Shown here: positions 13,031 through 27,413 of the stretch, piece by piece
Layout of the letters: each line of letters begins with the position of its first letter
How positions within the stretch are numbered: the stretch's first letter is position 1
From: Octopus sinensis
Taxonomy: Eukaryota
Length of the DNA: 64,000 nt
Assembly (NCBI RefSeq): GCF_006345805.1
Contig: NC_043004.1
Span: forward strand, 98,704,001 to 98,768,000
Reading direction: 5' to 3'
Program-made: the position numbers and the translations under genes
The notes under the pieces: generated by a model
What the model was told of the DNA's origin: nothing
The model's input: only the letters and a program-made list of their open reading frames with translations
Database searches by the model: none

Positions 13031-13236
13031 TATTTCTTTACTACCCACAAGGGGCTAACCACAGAGGGGACAAACAAGGACAGACAAACGGATTAAGTCG
13101 ATTACATCGACCCCAGTGCATATTTGGTACTTAATTTATCGACCCCGAAAGGATGAAAGACAAAGTCGACCTCGGCGGAATTTGAACTCAGGACGTAATG
13201 GCAGACGAAATACGACTATGCATTTCGCCCGGCGTG
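13031..13236 (-). mobile_element. SINE family B, long-tail form
   Basis: Body and tail intact; flanked by a CTAAATATT duplication. Confidence 0.85.
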
Positions 13237-13319
13237 CTAAATATTACTTACATCACACCTTTACCAACTTTGAAAATGACAAAACACATGAGGGTATGTA
13301 GTCCTTCCTAGGCTATCAA

Positions 13320-13580
13320 CATCATCATCATCATTTAACATCCATGTTCTATGCTGGCATGGGTGGGACAGTACCACAAGAGCCAGCTAGACTGAGGCCT
13401 GCACCAGACTTCTGTGACTGTTTTGGCAGGATTTTCACAGCAGCTGGATGCCCTTCCTAACACTAACCACTCAGTGGACTGAGTGCATTTTACGTGGCAC
13501 CAGCACATGCGAGGTTAATGTTGGCAAGGATTTTCACAGCTGGATGCCCTTCCTAACACCAACCACTTTACAGTGTGGAG
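13320..13580 (-). mobile_element. Degenerate RTE 3' end with an internal duplication
   Basis: (CAT)n tail; the TGGATGCCCTTCCTAACAC..AACCAC motif occurs twice. Confidence 0.65.
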
Positions 13581-13823
13581 AGTTTTTCAAAGTTGGAACA
13601 ATGTTAATCATAAGTTTACATGATCAGAACCTAAAACAACAAAAAGCAGCATACAATAAAGACAAATTATTATTAGTTTCTTTAAAAAGCTGTTCATTTT
13701 AACAACAGCGGGCTTTTTTTGTAGTTCTAGTTCAGATGTATTCTCAAAGGATAGTCATAGAGGTCCTGTCTCATATTTTTAGATACTGTGTATTTGGAAC
13801 TTCCTTGAACAATATTTCTTGCC

Positions 13824-13824
<1 letters not shown>

Positions 13825-13875
<51 letters not shown>

Positions 13876-13952
13876 TGTTATTATTACTATTATTATTATT
13901 ATTACTATTATTATCATTATTATTATTTTTATGATTACTATTATTATCATTA

Positions 13953-13994
<42 letters not shown>

Positions 13995-14015
13995 TTATTA
14001 TTGCTGTTGTTGTTG
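13825..14015. repeat. (TTA)n microsatellite
   Basis: Direct reading. Confidence 0.95.
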
Positions 14016-15059
14016 TTTCAAGATTTCAGAGACATTTGGTCGTTATTTTGCACAGTTTGTATCACTGCAGACATTTTCTATCCAAGATAGCCTTTATTCG
14101 AATCTTGGTGATTCCAAAGTTAAATCTTGTTAATTTTGAACTGAACACTGTGAATATTTTGGCTGATAATGTACCAATTCTGCTGCAACACTTCTCTTAA
14201 ACACTATTATTATTATTGTTGTTGTTGTTGTTGTTGTTGTTGCAAAACCATAATGATAATATCAATAACAACAACAAAAAAAAGACAGTGAAAATAAAGG
14301 ATATGACTTTAAAAAGTTAAAAGTGATAAGAGAAAAAAAAATCTTGAATTAAATCTAAAAAAAAAAATCAGATTCTGGCAACCGTTATGACAATTTCAGT
14401 TTCAAACTTCAAGCAATCATTAACAAACTCTATTGGTTGCTTAAGGCTATGTGTATCTTTAATTTCTATTTGCCTTCTCAACAATCAGTGTATTGTTTCC
14501 TTCTTTTTTTTCTTGTTGCTTGTTTTCTGATTTATATTTTAAACTGTGTCTTCATTGTGAAAATATTGTACTTTTGTGAGGAATCGATGCAGCCAATGTT
14601 ACATTGAAAGTCAAGCACTTGTCAGTGTGTGGCTGTCCGTCAGCAAGTATGCATATATGTGTAAGTGCGAGTGTGTCTATACATATATATATATATATCT
14701 TCATATTTATACATGTGTATGTATGTACAAGTACTTAGATAAAAGCTACACACACACACACAAACACACACACATGCACGCACACACACGTGTATATATT
14801 GTAATGTACACATAGAGTGAGATAGGTAAATTATAACCATTTTATATTCTTAATTTCATGCATGTGCATTATTTGTTTTTGATTTTGTCAAATACACAGT
14901 TTAGTAGGGTCATTTGGGCACCATCTGTGAGAAAAACAGCACCATGGACAATTCCCTCTACTAGGAATTTTAAAACAACATGCTGTACTGCTTGGCATTT
15001 GTGCCAGAATCTCCAATACGAACCTTTCAGAGTGTTTGGGTGTCAATTTTAGGACAGTG

Positions 15060-15503
15060 CATGTACTGATAGTGATAAAAATCCCAAATCCAGTTAGCAT
15101 CATGGTGTTTAGAGTGATCCCTAGTAATAGTGACGTTATGCCTCCATTCATCTTCCCACATGGCCTCACACTCAACACTCACACTACATCAAGTGCATGG
15201 AAGAGGTAGTGTTGCCTTGTGTCAAGAGGGTCACTGACAGAACATATTATGTGTAGCAGCAGGACTCTGCACTTTGCCACACGAGCAGGAGAACCCAGTT
15301 ACAGCTGTCAGACAATTTCTGTAACCACATCGCCTCTAACATTTGGCCACCTAACTCCCCATACTGTACCCCACTTGATTATTATGTGAGGGGTGCAGTT
15401 GAGTGAGAGATCAACAGAACTCCTTGTAACACCAAGGATGAACTGAAGGCAAGGATTATGGCAGCATTCACCAACTTAAACAAGGAGATTGTCCAGAAGG
15501 CTT
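15060..15503 (+). pseudogene. Tc1/mariner maT-type (DD37D-like) transposase fragment
   Basis: IMVFRVI..DVMPPFIFPHGLTLNT..YIKCMEEVVLP..QQDSALCHTSRRTQ..WPPNSPYCTPLDYYV..KDELKARIMAAFTNLNKE; frameshift and stops. Confidence 0.85.
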
Positions 15504-15619
15504 TGGTCAGCCCGAGGCTATAGTAGAAGACACCTGCCCAAGGTGCCACGCAGTGGGACTGAACCCGGAACCATGTGGTTGGTAAGCAAGCTACTTACCA
15601 CACAGCCACTCCTGCGCCT
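15497..15619 (-). mobile_element. SINE family A head fragment
   Basis: Head only; joined to the transposase at a shared AAGGCTT. Confidence 0.85.
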
Positions 15620-15632
15620 TATTATTTAATTC

Positions 15633-15663
<31 letters not shown>

Positions 15664-15753
15664 TTAAAATCCTCAATCAAATAGAGGCGGCATTGTATGT
15701 CTAGAGCAATGGAATCTGTAGTTCACACTGAGTGACATGACTGATTACCTTAC

Positions 15754-16140
15754 TGGGACTCTGTCGGTTACAATGACAAAGGTTCCAGTTACAGCTTGCT
15801 AGGTTAGTGGTGATTTTATCTACACTAAATAAAGTAATCACTATTACAGTGAGGGCACATGGCTTAGTGGTTAGTGTATTCCATGTTACAGCTTGCTTAC
15901 GAAATTAATGTGCAAGTAGCTGAGCACTCCACGGACACACATAGTCTTAACATTGTTCTCATTAAGATTCAGCTTAAAACAGAATATGAGGAGGCTGGCC
16001 CTTTGGAATACAGATACTGACTAGACTGGATCAACGTGAAATAAAGTCTCTTGCTCAAGGATGCAACACACCATTGAGAATTGAACTCATGACCTTATAT
16101 TCATGAGCTGAATACACTAACCACTAAGCCATGGGTCCTC
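15754..16140 (-). mobile_element. SINE family D (CORE-like), degenerate, with an internal inverted insertion
   Basis: Colinear with 58113-58426 apart from the 15799-15884 insert. Confidence 0.75.
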
Positions 16141-16470
16141 GCTATGATAGTGATTACTTCATTTAGTGTAGATAAAATCGACACTAACCTAGAGCTAAAC
16201 AATAAACCTCACTGATAAAGAGCCCAACCCAAAATGTTATGTTATTTCTTTTTGTCATAGTACAATAATATATTTCGATTTCATTTACTCTACTCTTTTA
16301 CTTGTTTCAGTCATTTGACTGCGGCCATGCTGGAGCACCGCCTTTAGTCGAGCAAATCGACCCCGGGACTTATTCTTTATAAGCCCAGTACTTATTCTAT
16401 CGGTCCCTTTTGCCGAACCGCTAAGTGACGGGGATGTAAACACACAAGCATCAGTTGTCAAGCAATACTA

Positions 16471-18430
<1,960 letters not shown>

Positions 18431-18506
18431 TATCTGTATGTCTGTCAGTCTGTCACTCTCTCGCTCTTTCTCTCTCCCTTTCTCTCCCACCTCTCTCTTT
18501 GTATAT

Positions 18507-18550
<44 letters not shown>

Positions 18551-18980
18551 CAGTGCCCATATGTGTGAATTCTTTCTGTCTTCATGGACATTATAATAAT
18601 AACAAGTCTTAGAAGCAGCATGCCTTTTGCAAATTATGAAGAATTACTACTCAGCTAAAAGCTGCTGTTAGATGTTACCATTACCTTTCTTTCTTTCTTT
18701 CTTTCTTTTTTTCCTTTCTTTTTTCCAACTATTCCTTAAGGCTAAAAAAAATAATTCTATGATTAGAAATTATTGAACAGGAAAAATAAATAAAGTCCAA
18801 TATGTTGTTCTATAAAATCATTAAAAATAAAATTTGGTATGTATCTGTTCATAGAGTTATATGAATATGCATACGCCTTCATACACACACACACACACAC
18901 ACACAGAGACACACATATGTATATAAGTGTTTGTGCATGTGCGTATATATATATGTATATATATATAAATATATATATAC

Positions 18981-19081
<101 letters not shown>

Positions 19082-19489
19082 GTATATAGTGTGTGTAAAT
19101 ATGAATACATTTATATGCATATATATATGTGTGTGTAGACAGACAAACATATATATGTATGCTTACATATGTACGTACATACATGCATACATATGTATAT
19201 ACATGCTTGTATACATCAAAGCTAAAATATATAATCGAATGGTTGCATATTTCTCAGGGTGTGCATGTATATCTATGAGCACGTGTATAATGTAACAAGA
19301 ATTTTTGGCATGTGTGTATATATTTTTGTGTATATAAATTAGAATAAAAACACACACAATTACAGACATAAACACAAAACAAGGATTTAGTTTAAAAGCT
19401 AAAGGTTTCCAGTAAATACAAGTCTATGTATCAGAGTATATTTATGTACACACACACACATACACACACACACACATATATGAATACAT

Positions 19490-20090
19490 CATCATCATCA
19501 TCATCATCATCATTTAGCGTCCGTTTTCCATGCTAGCATGGGTTGGACGGTTCAACTGGGGTCTGGGGAGCCCGAAGGCTGAACCAGGCCCAGTCTGATC
19601 TAGCAATGTTTCTACAGCTGGATGCCCTTCCTAACGCCAACCACTCAATGAGTGTAGTGGGTGATTTTATGTGCCACCGACACAGGTGCCAGACGAGGCT
19701 GGCGAACGGCCACGCTCGGATGGTGTTTTTATGTGCCACCGACACATGTGCCAGACGAGGCTGGCGAACGGCCACGCTCGGATGCTGTTTTTATGTGCCA
19801 CCGACACAGGTGCCAGACGAGGCTGGCAGACGGCCACGCTCGGATGGTGTTTTTATGTGCCACCGACACAGGTGCCAGATGAGGCTGGCGGACGGCCACG
19901 ATCGGATGGTGTTTGTTACGTCCCCAAAGCACGGAGGCCAGTCTATGCGGTACTGGCTACGGCCACGTTCGGATGATTTTCTTGTGTGCCACCGGCACTG
20001 GTACCACAAAGATACAAATTCCATTGATGTTCATCTATTTTGATTTGTTTTGATTTGATTTTCACTTGCCTCAACAGGTCTTCACAAGTG
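19490..20090 (-). mobile_element. RTE 3' end with four 62-bp tandem UTR repeats
   Basis: ATGTGCCACCGACAC units start at 19669, 19731, 19793 and 19855; (CAT)n tail. Confidence 0.85.
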
Positions 20091-20164
20091 TCATGTATAT
20101 ATGTATGCATATATATATATGTCTATCTCTCTCTCTCTTTCTATATTTATATATATATATATAT

Positions 20165-20385
20165 ATAGCCTCGCCTGGCCCCCGTGCCGGTGGCACGTAA
20201 AAAGCTCCCACTACACTCATTGAGTGGTTGGCGTTAGGAAGGGCATCCAGCTGTAGAAACATTGCTAGATCAGACTGGGCCTGGTTCAGCCTTCTGGCTT
20301 CCCAGACCCCAGTTGAACCATCCAACCCATGTTAGCATGGAAAGCGGACGCTAAATGATGATGATGATGATGATGATAATGATGA
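20165..20385 (+). mobile_element. RTE 3' end, inverted relative to 19490-20090
   Basis: Reverse complement of 19500-19700; (GAT)n tail. Confidence 0.85.
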
Positions 20386-20426
20386 TAACTACAAATATAC
20401 ATACATACGTCTCTCTCTATATATAC

Positions 20427-20473
<47 letters not shown>

Positions 20474-20579
20474 TATATATATATGTGTGTGTGTGTGTGT
20501 ACGAATGTATGTTGTATATATATTATATATATATAGTTTTATGTGTGTGTATATGTGTATATGTACAAATGTATGTATG

Positions 20580-20612
<33 letters not shown>

Positions 20613-21054
20613 CGCATGCACACATACATACACACATGTGTATGTGAGTGAATATTATACACACACTAAGGCAAAATTTCTTTTTTAGTCATAACATTTT
20701 TAGTTCAACATTTTAACACTAAGATTAATCTGGTTCTTTCTATATTTGGAACGCTTGCACTTTTAGTGAGTACTTCCATTTTAAAAAGATTTAAAATATT
20801 CATAACAATCATTGCTTTGCCCCAAGTCAGCCTTGTTTGAACAGACCTATGATGAAAGACATTTTACGATGATCATTTTTTTCTCTTTATACATAACATG
20901 TCCCAGAGTGCATTACCCTATGTGATCTGTATTTAAAACAGCAGAGATTCTGTTGATATTTCTAATTACTGAAGTGATTATAGAGAGATTTCTTCCAACA
21001 TGTAGCATGCATATTGTGTATATTGTATATAGTATACTTACCTATTTTTGCTGT

Positions 21055-21847
21055 TTAAACTTTTAGCATTCAGTTTTTTCTGTCAAATGTAATGCTTATT
21101 TATTCATATTGTTTTGAATTATTCATGTGTAGCAGAAGTATGATCACTCTTTACTTTTAGCTATCCAGATTGTGCCTTTTTACCTTCAGGTATGTATTTT
21201 AGTTTACTGTGTGATGGTAAGTCTGTTTAGCTTTATATGAACTGTCCACCCCTTAACATGAGAGATTAGTCAAGCTACTTTACATCAGCTATTTAAGAGA
21301 TGATTTTTCCCCTAATTCCTTAGGAGGTGAGTTGGCTATGAGAGAGTTGGATCTTCAATAATGAGAGCAGTGTATTCCACTTTGCAGCTTCAGCATGAAG
21401 GGATTTGTAACCAGAATCTTTAACGCTATGTTTTGTGCTTCTTCTAACATTTATCTTCAACTTTGAGAAATATTTTGAAACCATGTAATGCTTTTAACAG
21501 CCTTCTAACTGCTGCGTCAGTTGATGTATTCATGTTACCATCAGAAATAAATGTTGCAGGGCAGTCAATTTTAACCTGCATTTGAATTTTCTTATTGATA
21601 TTCATCCAGACTTACATTAACCAGAAGACAGAACATTATCAGGGTTCTCGCCTCAATTGCATTCATTTAACCAACATTGGTAAACATGCATTACCTTGAA
21701 GCTTTGAGAATTTGATGTGATTGTTTGTTTTTAGAAAGGCATTGTAACATTATAGGGAAGGTTTGATAGATGAGATCTAACCAGAAAGAACATAAAACTG
21801 ATAGAATATTTGAGTGGATATGGCTGGTTTTAATTCTAAAGGGTTAC
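21055..21847. mobile_element. Possible TTAA-type MITE split by a ~550-bp unclassified insertion
   Basis: Imperfect ends TTAAACTTTTAGCATT / AATTCTAAAGGGTTAC; CATG on both sides of 21129-21684. Confidence 0.3.
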
Positions 21848-22182
21848 TTTCTGTCCAAGCTTCAAATGTTTATTAAATGAACAGTGCATCTAAGACTATA
21901 TTAGCTCACAAATACTTTCTTTTCTTAGCTACTAGGGCATAAACTGAGGAAGACTTGGCTGCTATTTCTAGTATGGCAAATTAAACAGTAACAATGATCA
22001 TTAAGAATTTGCATAGAAGAGCAAAAGCTGTGGAGTATTTTCTCGCCAATTTTGTTCCAATTTAAACTGGAACTTTGGGACCAATATATTGTGAATGGAA
22101 TTTTGTAGACAAGCATAGCAAGGCAGATAATTAATATAAAAACCACCCCTAGAATGATAACAGCATGTACTATGCTGATGTG

Positions 22183-22509
22183 AAGGCACATGGCTCAGTG
22201 GTTAGAGCATCAAGCTTATGATTGTGAGGTTGTGAGTTTGAATCCTGGACCAGGCTGCGTGTTGTGTTCTTGAGCAAGACACTTTATTTCACATTGCTCC
22301 AGTTCACTCAGCTGTAGAAATGAGTTGCGATGTCACAGGTGCCAAGCTGTGTCTGCTGTCTCCCTTGGATTACACTGGTGGCATGGAGAGGGGAGGCTGG
22401 TATGCATGGGCGACTACTGGCCTTCCATAAACAACCTTGCCCGACTTGTGCCTGGGAGAGTAACTTTCTAGGTGCAATCCCACGGTCAGTCATGACCGAA
22501 GGGGGTCTC
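22183..22509 (+). mobile_element. SINE with a family D head and CORE-like domain but a different 3' region
   Basis: GGCACATGGCTCAGTGGTTAG..CTTGAGCAAGACACTTTATTTCAC..CTCAGCTG. Confidence 0.75.
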
Positions 22510-24042
22510 AATATGCTGTTGCACCTGTTTTGGGTTTTCCCATTGTAATGAGCAAACACGGATACGCTTCTGTGCCTTAAACAATTGATCCAGTAGTGCA
22601 TGAGAGATATAACAGCTGAGGAGAGAAAGGGATTTATTCTTGTAATTTGATTGGTATTTTAGTGAGGTTGGAATTACAGGAGAGAGTGGGATTTGAACAC
22701 AGAGTGTAAGAAACTATAACAAGTACTTCAAGGTATTTTGTTTGATGAATTAATTAGTTTGCCTATTCTCTATGTAAAACTGACACACACAAGCGTGCAC
22801 ATATGGAATGAGGCTGAGTCCAAAGCAAACCATTATGTACCTTCTGATGGCCTGTCCATGTGTGTATATGTGTGTGCATGTGCACGTGTGTTTGGATGTG
22901 TGTGTATATGTGGGTGCATGTGTGTGTGTGTGCAAGTGTGTATGCATGTGTGTATGTGTGTGTGCATGTAGATGTGCGTGTGCACATGTATGTATACATA
23001 TGTTTGTATGTGTGTGTGCACGCATGTGTGTGAGAGTGTGGGCAGGTGTGCGTGGGTGCGCATACGCCCACATGCACATGTGCATATGAGTATAAAATGA
23101 TTTTATAGCACAACACCTTCTGGCTAGTATCACATTGAAATTGATGAACTAGAAACCCTGCAATTTATAACAAGATTTCTTCATGATGATAACAGCAGTG
23201 CTAAGCTGAGATTTAGTAAAAGCAATAATTGAACCATAAAACTGAAATATGGCCATTTGCATATATAAAACCAGCCAAAATTTATTTAAAAATTCAGCCA
23301 AAAAGAACCCCCTGAGAATTTAAAAAATAGAAATGGTGATTAAAAAGGTATGTCAACTGTAAATTGAAAAGTATAGCCTATTTGAAAAGCCAGCAGGCCA
23401 TGTTAAATGTCATGTGATGAATGCAGGTCTAAATTTAATTGCAGCATATATTATGATGGAATCTATAGTTAAATTGTCAGTCCCTTAAAATTTTAAACTC
23501 TCTTTAGTCTTTACAGCATCAAACATTGACGTGAAATAGAAACGAATTGATTGAAACTGTTAGAAATACCCTCAATTAAAAAAATACTAATGATAATGTT
23601 AAGTCATGTTTTTTCTTAACTTTGTAAACATGTATGAAGTACATCGTGCTGTCAAGTGGAAATAATTTATAGCAAATTAGGAATATGTATAAAGGAAAAC
23701 TTCCAAGTGAAAAATCAGCTACCAAATATCATTAAATGTAACACTAACAATACTTGAATTGCGAGAAAAAAAGAAAAAAAAAGAACATGCTTCTTATTTA
23801 ACCTTTAATGTAAATTAAATTATTTAAATGCTTCACAAAATTAATGGTTCCAAACACTGAATAAATAAACAATTTAATTTTCATTAAATTTGTATTTTAT
23901 TTTTCTTTTATTTAAAAATCTAACAATTATTTTGGAATAAATTTCAAATTCAATGTGTAAGAACTATTATGGCAAAAAGGTAGTTATATGTATAATATAT
24001 ATTCTAGTGTAGTAATGGTGTTTGAATGTATTAGTAGTGTTA

Positions 24043-24439
24043 TCTTTATATATAAAAGTGAAGTTGTGTGTCTGTCTCCTATGATTTAGATTCCTAACTA
24101 CTCCCACATTTTGCGGTGCAGTGTAACCAAAACCGGGTATCTTATAGTCGTGATTCATATCGAGCCCTTCTGGGTATTAGCATGCATCTACGATGAGTCT
24201 ACGATTTTACAAATAATTTACCATCATTTTTTTCCATTTTAATGCATTTTTTCGCTATTATATAAGGGAAGCAACTCTCTAAAAATGTCTACGATGAGTC
24301 AACGATTTAAAAAAAATTTACCATCATTTTTTTTCCATTTTTAATGCATTTTTTTGCTATTTTTTGGCTATAACTCTCTAAAAATGCTTATATAGTTATT
24401 TCCCTTACAAACCCGAGCAACGCCGGGTGATACTGCTAG
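24043..24439 (+). mobile_element. Non-autonomous Helitron
   Basis: 5' TC, 3' CTAG, CCCGAGCAACGCCGGG hairpin 8 nt before CTAG, inserted between A and T, no TSD; three copies. Confidence 0.9.
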
Positions 24440-24479
24440 TATATATAAATAATATACCTATCATATTAAATGTATACAT

Positions 24480-24895
24480 AGCAGAGTTTAGGGTTCCTGG
24501 CTTTCACCCAGGTGACCTTGGTTTGATAGGGGCTATAGAGAACTTTGTGAGGAATCTGGAAGATCGGGAACAGGCAGTCCTGACCTGCATTGAAGGCCCA
24601 GATTGGTCTCCACAGGTGGCTGCAGAGGTCATGGCAGAAAATTATTTCTACAGAGTGATAGATACCTTTACCAAGGATGAATATAATTGTCTCTTATGGG
24701 GCCCAGGCTTGCCTGCAGGCAGCAAGAGATTTAATTGAGGAGGTAGAGTAAGAGGTCTTGATGCCTCGATTCGAACATGGAGATCGGTAAGAGGCTTAGC
24801 GCCTCAAGTTGAATATACTTTGCTGGACTTTTTTTTGATTGGTAAGAGGCTCAGTGCCTCAATTTGTAATTGTTGTAAGAGTTTCAACACCTCAT
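24480..24895 (+). other. Unclassified ~85-codon open frame followed by four hairpin repeats
   Basis: FRVPGFHPGDLG..GSKRFN* then GTAA-GAGGC-N5-GCCTC x4. Confidence 0.4.
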
Positions 24896-25067
24896 TTGTG
24901 TTCTTAAAAAAGAACAATGTTATCAGGAAGTAACAGTCGGCGGGTGTTGACTTCTTCCCCCACCAACCATCTCTTTTTTCATTCCATCATCATCATCGTG
25001 TCTGTGTCCAGCTCACAAGCTTCCATCTGTATTATGCCTTTATGGCAAATGTAATGAAAGAAAGAAG

Positions 25068-25487
25068 CCTGCTTCTCAACCACATGGTTCTGGGTTCAGT
25101 CCCACTGCATGACACATGGTCAAGTGTCTTCTACTATTGCCTCAGGCTGACTAAGGCCTTGTGAGTGGATTTGGTAGATAGAAACTAAAAGAAGCCAGTC
25201 GTATATGCATTATATATTTATGTATGTATGCATGTATGTATGTACATATGTACATATGTATGTATGTATGCATTTATGTCTGTGTTTATATTGCAACCAT
25301 CGCTTAACAACCAATGTTGGTGTGTTTACAACCCTGTAACTTAGCAGTTCGGCAAACAAGACTGATAGAATAAGAACTAGACTTACAAAAAATAAGCTCT
25401 GGGGTTGATTAGTTCGACTTAAAGGTGGTGCTCCAGCATGGCCACAGCCAAATGAGTGAAACAACTAAAAGAATAAAAGAATAAAAG
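25068..25487 (+). mobile_element. SINE family A, degenerate
   Basis: Body and tail colinear with other copies. Confidence 0.8.
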
Positions 25488-25754
25488 GATTGATTTGATG
25501 GTAATTCCGAAAATGATGCTTTGCAATATATATAAACAGTGTAGTGATGGTTGATTTTGATGTGGTAGAGCCATTGAAACATAATCTTATCTATAACAGT
25601 TCAGTTGATGTTATAGCATATACAATACTGTAATAGACATTCTATTGTATATTTAAAGCAGTATAGTTAGAGGTATATTTTATGTGGCGGTTTTATCATG
25701 ATATTATGTCATATCATATAGCAGCACTTGATGGTGCATAATATAATGCAGTGT

Positions 25755-26230
25755 AAATGAAATGGTATGCTACGATTTCCTGGCAAAGGGTACCACAATT
25801 ACAGGGGCCTATTATGCTTCACTTTTGAAGAAATTAAGAGAGGCTATCAAAATCAAGAGGCGGGGCAAGATCAGCAAAGGCATCCTCCTCCTGCAGGACA
25901 ACGTTCCAGTCCACAACTCGCGTGTCGCCAGATCAGAAGCACAGGCATGCAGCTATGAACTCCTCCCCTTGCACCCTCTGATCTTCACCTCTTCCCAGCC
26001 ATGAAGTTGTTTTTGAAAGGAAAGCGTTTCCCAGATGATGCAGCCTTGATTTCTGAAGTCACGTCGTGGTGGGAGGACCAAGCTGAGGTCTTCTACAAAA
26101 ACGGTCTCCGGAGCTGTATCAAACGATGGGAGAAATGCGTAACTCTGAGTGGTTCCTAGATAGAAAAAGACTAATAACTGTGCTAAGTTCCGTTGCTCTA
26201 CTGCTATGGGAAGTGGGTCAGGGGCATTAC
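25755..26230 (+). pseudogene. mariner (DD34D-type) transposase 3' fragment
   Basis: TITGAYYASLLKKLREAIK..LLLQDNVPVH..SDLHLFPAMKLFLKGKRFPDD..KRWEKCVTL; most of the YSPDL motif is deleted. Confidence 0.85.
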
Positions 26231-26844
26231 TGGTATATATGACGGTGTACTGATGGTATATTATGTATGGCAGCGCAATGGTGAATTTATATCATATACT
26301 GTCAATGACATATTGTATCTAACAATAGTATAGTATATATTGTATGGCAGTGTTGTCATAAAGTTATTTACAATAATGTAGATGTTATACATGTATTGTA
26401 TATGTCTTATATATAACCTGTATTGTATATGTATTAAATATGATATATAGTTATATATTTATTGCAATGTGATAAGGATGATATTGTAAAATAAACAGCT
26501 ATTAAAACGAGTGAGGAAAAGAGTCTACAGGACATACAGAGAACCCTTATGGCTGAGTAACCTAGAACATTAACAAACAAATACAAAAGTTTATTAATGC
26601 TACAGAGATGCACTTCTTAAGATGAATGCAGAAGATATCTTATACAAATAGAGAAACGGATGGTGAAGACCTGATACAAGCAGAAAACACTTGGAAATAT
26701 GTGATGGAGGCAACAAGTTAAGTTCACTGGGCTTCAAAGAAGAAGATAAAACCTTGAAAATTTAATGACAATTAGAAAACTGAAATGATGAAGATGTAGA
26801 ATATAGAGAGAAGATATTCAATGATATTAGTACCATCCGATCGT

Positions 26845-27061
26845 GGCCGTTTGCCAGCTTTGCCCGGCATCTGTGCAGGTGGCACGTAAAAAGCACCAAC
26901 TACACTCACGGAGTGGTTGGCGTTAGGAAAGGCATCCAGCTGTAGAAACACTACCAGATCAGATTGTAGCCTGGCGCAGCCTTCTGGCTTCCCAGACCCC
27001 AGTTGAACCATCCAACCCATGCTAGCTTGGAGAACAGACGTTAAACGATGATGATGATGAT
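26845..27061 (+). mobile_element. RTE 3' end
   Basis: Same motif set, (GAT)n tail. Confidence 0.8.
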
Positions 27062-27183
27062 TAATAGCAACCAATGGAAAGACCAGCCAATAACTTGCTG
27101 AGTTGCATGAAGGACTGGAGAGGTTGGAAGTTTATGATTACTCACATCTGTAGGTAAAATACATGGAGAGAAAAAATGTCATG

Positions 27184-27413
27184 TATGAGAGGGTACTGTA
27201 AAGTTCCTGACTTTACAGGTTTTGTGAAAGGCCTGGATGGAGGCCAAACCTTCCAAGTTCTTCTGAGTTCTTATACAAGGCTTAACAAATCTGAAGAACC
27301 ACTGCAATAAGGGTGTGAATCTGAGAGGGGAATATGTTGAATAAAATCATAATTAACTGATCATCGTGTATTTTCTTTTACCCAAAGCCAAGAACTTTTC
27401 AACAAACCCTTGT
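27184..27413 (+). mobile_element. mariner-derived MITE (~230 bp)
   Basis: Terminal inverted repeats (TIRs) TA-TGAGAGGGTACTGTAAAGTTCCTGACTTT / AAAGCCAAGAACTTTTCAACAAACCCT; internal LKNHCNKGVNLRGEYVE* is a mariner C-terminus. Confidence 0.75.

Noticed and set aside
19669-19990. 62-bp repeats as a possible CRISPR-like array
   Set aside because: Contiguous tandem units without unique spacers, inside an RTE 3' UTR, in eukaryotic DNA
21160-21195. 29-bp micro-exon candidate (YPDCAFLPS)
   Set aside because: It lies within an apparent repeat insertion and has no supporting neighbouring exons
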